Source: an uncultured Chloroflexia bacterium (GTDB taxonomy: Bacteria > Chloroflexota > Limnocylindria > Limnocylindrales > CSP1-4). From it: DNA of 64,000 nucleotides. Shown in pieces: positions 59,558 through 64,000 of the stretch. The position numbers and the translations under genes were made by a program. The stretch's first letter is position 1; each line of letters begins with the position of its first letter. Under the pieces are notes generated by a model that saw only the letters and a program-made list of their open reading frames with translations, did no database searches and had not been told where the DNA came from. The stretch spans positions 490,350-554,349 of the forward strand of contig CAWKHG010000006.1 of assembly GCA_963849405.1 (NCBI GenBank). The letters run 5' to 3'.

Positions 59558-61852
59558 TCAGTGGCCGGGATCGTCGATGTCGGCGTGGCTCACGAGCCAG
59601 TTGTCCGGTCCATAGACGATCCGCGGCACGGCCGGGTTACGGGGGTCGCCCGGCCCGATGATGCCGTAGCGCTCCATCTCGTCCATGAGCCGGCTCGCCC
59701 GGCTGAAGCCGACCTTGAGCTTGGTCTGGAGCATCGAGGTCGACGCCTTGTTCAGGGTCGTCACGAGCTCGGCCGCCAGGACGACCATGTCGTCGTCGGC
59801 CATCGCCGCGAGCCACTTGAACTGGCCGTTGCCGCCGCCGTCCTCGGCGCTGAAGTCCATGAACGACTCGTCGTAGAACGTCCGGCCGCCGGCCAGGTCG
59901 AGCCAGTGCTTGCCGACGGCATTCACCTCCGCGTCGCTCACGAAAACGCCCTGGAGGCGCATGGGACGGGGCAGGTCGACGGGCTGGTAGAGCATGTCGC
60001 CCCGGCCGATGAGGTCCTCCGCCCCGGGCGCGTCGAGGACGGTCCGGCTGTCGATCATCGAGGCCATCGCGAAGGCCATCCGGGACGGCACGTTGGCCTT
60101 GATGAGGCCGGTCACGACGTTGACCGACGGTCGCTGCGTCGCGAGCACGAGGTGGATGCCCACGGCGCGCGCCTTCTGGGCGATCTTGACGATCGGCTCC
60201 TCGACCTTCTGGCCCTCGCGCATGATCAGGTCGGCCAGCTCGTCGATGATGATCACGATGTACGGGAGGCGCTCCTCGGCGGGGACGTCGGGGCTCGCGT
60301 TGAACGCGGCGATGTTGCGGACGCCCTTCGAGGCGAGGGCCTTGTAGCGCTCCTCCATCTGGCGCACGGCGCCGTTGAGGGCGGCCTTGGCGTTCGACGG
60401 CTCGACGATGACGGGCTGGAGCAGGTGCGGCAGCCGGTCGTACGGGGCGAGCTCGACCCGCTTGAGGTCGATGAGGATGAGCCGGACCTCCTCGGGCTTG
60501 GCGTGCATCAGGAGGCTCGTGATGAGCGCGTTGATGCAGACGCTCTTGCCCGAGCCGGTGGCCCCGGCCACGAGCAGGTGGGGCATCTTGGCGAGGTCGA
60601 CGGCATAGGCCTTGCCCGAGACGTCGCGCCCCAGCGCGAACGAGAGGCGGCTGTCGGCGTCGAGCATCTTGGTGTCCTCGACGAGCCGTCGGAAGCTCAC
60701 GATCTCCGACTTCACGTTGGGGATCTCGATGCCGACGACGTCCTTGCCCGGGATCGGCGCCTCGATCCGTATGGAGCGGGCCGCCAGGGCCATCGCCAGG
60801 TCGTCGGCCAGCGCCTCGATCCGGGAGAGCTTGATGTGGCGCTCCGGCCGGACCTCGTACTGGGTCACCACCGGGCCGGTGTTCGTCGCCACGACGGTGG
60901 CCGGGATCCCGAAGCTGTTGAGCTTGTCCTCGATGATCCGGATGTTGTCCTCGTGGTTCGCCCGTGTCGTGGTGACGGGTGGGTCGGGCACGACCGTCAG
61001 CAGGTCGATCGGCGGGAGGATCCACGTCGGGCCGTCGGGCAGGTAGCCGTCCTCGGCCTCGAGGAGGTCGACCGCCGTCGCCGACGGGGCCCGCAGTGCG
61101 CCGCCGCCACGGGCATCCGCCCCGCCCCGCAGGCCGCCCGACACGACGGTCTGGCTCATGGGGGCTTCGCTGGGTACCGGCGCCGGTGAGCGTCGCGGCG
61201 GGGCGATCTCGCCCGGATCGACCATCGTCGGGCGCCCGACTCCCCGATCGGCGGCGGCCTTGGCCTTGGCGGCCCGGGCAGCCGCGGCCTCGGGGGCCTC
61301 CGCGACCACCGTGCCGAGGCTCGTCAGGCCGCGCCGGAACGGGGCCACGAACTCGGCGAGGCGCAGGTTGGCGGTGATGAGGATGCCGCCGACGAACACG
61401 GCGGCCAGGACGATGAACGCCCCGGGCCGGGTGATCAGCGAGCCGAGCACGTCGGCGAGGAACGTCCCGATGCGCCCGCCGCCGCGCACCGGCAGGAACT
61501 CGAACAGGCCGAGGAGGGCGGCGTAGGAGACGATCGCCGCCACGAGCCGCGTCCGCCAGCCCGGACCGAGGGGCCGCCACTCGATGAGGCCGCCGGCGGT
61601 CAGCAGGAAGATCGGCAGCAGCCAGCGGCCGGTGCCGAAGTTGGGCAGGACGACGTTGCGGGCCCAGTCGGTGAGGGTCCCCTGCGAGCTCGGGATCGCC
61701 AGCATGATCAGCGTCAGGGCGCCCAGGACGAGGAGCGTCAGCCCGACGAGCGAGCGGACGACGTCCGGCGGGATGTTGACCGAGGGCATGCCCAGCCCGC
61801 CGCCCCGCCGGGGACGGCTGCGGCGCGCCGGTGCGCGTCGTCGGGAGCTCAC
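59558..61852 (-). CDS. ftsK: DNA translocase FtsK/SpoIIIE
   Basis: N-terminal TM segments. Walker A GATGSGKS. C-terminal gamma/winged-helix domain. Confidence 0.85.
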   Translation of the reverse strand: MSSRRRAPARRSRPRRGGGLGMPSVNIPPDVVRSLVGLTLLVLGALTLIMLAIPSSQGTLTDWARNVVLPNFGTGRWLLPIFLLTAGGLIEWRPLGPGWRTRLVAAIVSYAALLGLFEFLPVRGGGRIGTFLADVLGSLITRPGAFIVLAAVFVGGILITANLRLAEFVAPFRRGLTSLGTVVAEAPEAAAARAAKAKAAADRGVGRPTMVDPGEIAPPRRSPAPVPSEAPMSQTVVSGGLRGGADARGGGALRAPSATAVDLLEAEDGYLPDGPTWILPPIDLLTVVPDPPVTTTRANHEDNIRIIEDKLNSFGIPATVVATNTGPVVTQYEVRPERHIKLSRIEALADDLAMALAARSIRIEAPIPGKDVVGIEIPNVKSEIVSFRRLVEDTKMLDADSRLSFALGRDVSGKAYAVDLAKMPHLLVAGATGSGKSVCINALITSLLMHAKPEEVRLILIDLKRVELAPYDRLPHLLQPVIVEPSNAKAALNGAVRQMEERYKALASKGVRNIAAFNASPDVPAEERLPYIVIIIDELADLIMREGQKVEEPIVKIAQKARAVGIHLVLATQRPSVNVVTGLIKANVPSRMAFAMASMIDSRTVLDAPGAEDLIGRGDMLYQPVDLPRPMRLQGVFVSDAEVNAVGKHWLDLAGGRTFYDESFMDFSAEDGGGNGQFKWLAAMADDDMVVLAAELVTTLNKASTSMLQTKLKVGFSRASRLMDEMERYGIIGPGDPRNPAVPRIVYGPDNWLVSHADIDDPGH

Positions 61853-61855
61853 TGG

Positions 61856-63521
61856 CTAGACCTCCACGACGACCGGGAAGACCATCGGCCGCCGCTTCGT
61901 GCGCTCGTACAGGTGGCGCGAGACGGCGTCCTTGATCTGGACCTTGAGGAGCGCGATCTCGCTGATGTGGTCGCCCGGGTTCTCGATCGCCGCGACGACC
62001 CGGTCCGTCGTCGACTCGATGATCGGGTCGTTCTCGTTGGGCACGAAACCGCGGGTGATGATCTCCGGCCGGCCGATGACCGTGCCGGTCTGCTTGTCCA
62101 CGGTCACGACGATCATGAACATGCCGTCGTTGGCCAGGGCCCGCCGGTCGCGCAGGACGACCTCGCCGACCTCGCCGACGGAGAGGCCGTCCACGAACAC
62201 GTAGCCCCGCGACCACGGGCTGGCCGCGGCGGGCGGAGCCGTCGGGCAGGATCTCGATCGGCGTGCCGTTCTCGATGATGAACACGTTCTCGGGCAGGAC
62301 GCCGGTCTCGATCGCCAGGCGGCCGTGCTGGACCTGCATCCGGAACTCGCCGTGGATCGGGATGAAGTGCTTGGGCTTGGTGAGCCCGAGCATGAGCTTG
62401 AGCTCCTCCTGGCTGGCATGGCCCGAGACGTGGGCCCGCTTGATCGTGTGGTAGAAGACGTTCGCGCCGGCCTTGAACAGGTTGTCGATCGTCCGGCTCA
62501 CGTATTCCTCGTTGCCGGGGATCGGGCTGGCGCTGACGATGACCGTGTCGCCCGGGACGATCTCCACGAACCGGTGGTCGCGGTTGGCCATCCGGGCCAG
62601 GCCGGCCATCGGCTCGCCCTGGGCGCCCGTCGTCGCGATGCACAGCTTGTCGGCCGGGACCTCGCTGATCTTGTCCTTGGCCACGATCTGGGACGGCGGG
62701 TACTTCAGGTAGCCGAGGTCGGTCGCGATCCGGAAGTTCTGCTCCATCGACCGGCCGATGACGGTGACCTTGCGGTCGAACTGCGCCGCGGCGTCGAGCA
62801 CCTGCTGGACGCGGGCGATGTTGCTCGCGAACGTGGCCACGATGACCCGCCCGTCGAGCGGCTCCATGATCTCGCGGAACGCCTCGCCGACCGTCCGCTC
62901 GGATGGCGTGTAGCCGGGGTTCTCGGCGCGCGTGGAGTCCGAGAGCAGGCACACCACGCCTTCCTCGCCGAGCCGGGCCAGGATCGCGAAGTCGGACAGC
63001 TTGCCGTCGACCGGCGTGTGGTCGAACTTGAAGTCGCCGGTGTGCACGATCGTCCCGACCGGCGTCCGCAGGGCGATGCCCATCGCGTCGGGGATCGAGT
63101 GGCCGATGCGGAACGGGATGACCGTGAACGGGCCGATCGTGACCTCGTCCCCGGGCTCCAGGGCCAGCATCGGGTTGTTGTGGAGCTTGTGCTCCTTGAT
63201 CTTGTTGCCGAGCAGGCCCCGGGCGAGCGTGCTGGCGTAGACGGGCACGCCCGGGAACTCGGGCAGCACGTACGGCAGGCCGCCGACGTGGTCCTCGTGG
63301 GCGTGGGTGATGAGGAACGCCCGGACGTTGGCCCGGTGTTCCTTGAGATAGGTGATGTCGGGGATGACGAGGTCGATGCCGAACATCTCCTCGTCCGGGA
63401 ACATGAGCCCGCAGTCGATGACGACGATGTCGTCGCCGTACTCGAAGAGGTACATGTTCTTGCCGATCTCGCCCACCCCGCCGAGCGGGATGATGCGGAG
63501 CGGTCGGGTTTCGTCAACCAT
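61856..63521 (-). pseudogene. rnj: ribonuclease J (frameshift ~62220-62240)
   Basis: HAHEDHVGG metallo-beta-lactamase motif in the frame of ORF 59637... C-terminal domain (GYVFVDGLSVGEV...) in ORF 61856..62419. Confidence 0.7.
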
Positions 63522-63548
63522 GCGGGTAGTGGTCCGTTGCGGGTGTGG

Positions 63549-64000
63549 TCAGAAGATCGTTGCCTGCGCGAGTGGATCGGTCCCGGGTGCAGGATCCGGG
63601 GACTGGGCGGATGTCGGTGGGTCGCCGGCGGGGGCGTTAGCGGGGGACGGCGGCGACGCCGCCGGTGGGGCGGGTTCGCGCCGTTCGCGTGCCGCGACGA
63701 GGGCGCCGGGCACGCGGGCCATGTCGTCGAGGAGCGTCTGGCGGAGCGAGCCCTGGTGGAGGGCCGCGGCCGGATGGTACATGGCGAAGACCTGTGCCTC
63801 GCGGGCGCCCGTCTCGGGGTCGGCGGCCTTCGTCGTGCCGTGGACCTGGCCGATCCGGGCGCCCGGCATGAAGCGGCCCATCGAGTGGCGTCCGAGGGTC
63901 ACGACGAGGGCCGGGTCGAGGGTCTCGAGCTGGCGGCGCAGGAACGGCGCGCAGGCCGCGATCTCGTCCGGTTCGGGGTCCCGGTTGTCGGGCGGCCGGC
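63549..64000 (-). CDS. uracil-DNA glycosylase family 4 (3'-end only in window; N-terminus beyond window edge)
   Basis: [26 protein letters not shown]...VVTLGRHS...[11 protein letters not shown]. Confidence 0.6.
   Translation of the reverse strand, partial: RPPDNRDPEPDEIAACAPFLRRQLETLDPALVVTLGRHSMGRFMPGARIGQVHGTTKAADPETGAREAQVFAMYHPAAALHQGSLRQTLLDDMARVPGALVAARERREPAPPAASPPSPANAPAGDPPTSAQSPDPAPGTDPLAQATIF

Noticed and set aside
59637-63521. 1294-aa minus-strand ORF
   Set aside because: The first ~560 aa are RNase J. The remainder is an off-frame run through the FtsK coding region (Arg/Pro/Gly noise) caused by the frameshift at ~62230 and lack of stops.
1-64000. CRISPR arrays, rRNA or tRNA genes
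   Set aside because: No regularly spaced 25-40 bp direct repeats were seen, and no segment shows rRNA-like conservation. tRNAs cannot be fully excluded by eye; the few intergenic regions >150 bp (6500-6670, 11986-12286, 19216-19350, 20882-21148) showed no obvious cloverleaf signatures.
1-64000. Frame shifts as genuine pseudogenisation or genome decay
   Set aside because: They affect essential-type genes (rnj, ndh) and are spread uniformly at high density. Proteins on both sides of each junction remain fully conserved-looking. Indel error is the most economical explanation.

Overview
This window is a ~70% GC, actinobacterial-type chromosomal segment carrying about 64 protein-coding genes. I found no rRNA, tRNA, CRISPR array, transposase or integrase by eye.

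At least 19 genes are broken by reading-frame shifts. They are recognisable because the conserved protein continues in an overlapping ORF in another frame. Housekeeping genes (RNase J, NDH-2, metX-like) are affected too, so this looks like assembly indel error rather than true pseudogenes. I list these as 'pseudogene' only to describe the sequence as given.

Content by position:
- Left two-thirds: accessory redox and detoxification genes. These include 8 VOC/glyoxalase-fold genes, 3 berberine-bridge-like FAD oxidases, a P450, two Zn-alcohol dehydrogenases, an F420-type LLM oxidoreductase, an LLM monooxygenase with its FMN reductase, and formamidase and nitrilase genes.
- Regulators: two SigJ-like ECF sigma factors, a STAS protein, a MarR and a hybrid PAS histidine kinase.
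- Transporters and cell-surface hydrolases: a glucosaminidase-FN3 protein and a GH18 chitinase lipoprotein.
- Right end: a conserved housekeeping block of murC, cinA-C, a RodZ-like gene, ftsK, rnj and a family-4 UDG (3'-partial).

The most unusual locus is a co-directional minus-strand trio at 17151-20881. Two paralogous proteins, each with an N-terminal zinc ribbon and a C-terminal Cys-rich motif, flank an internally duplicated hypothetical protein. I recognise none of the three as a named family.

Other notable items:
- A low-GC island with 15-bp direct repeats, and a possible SAM riboswitch upstream of the metX-like gene.
- A membrane protein with a duplicated C-terminal Cys motif.
- A thiamine-diphosphate enzyme fused to DUF952.
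- A GAF-GGDEF cyclase near a YajQ-type c-di-GMP effector.
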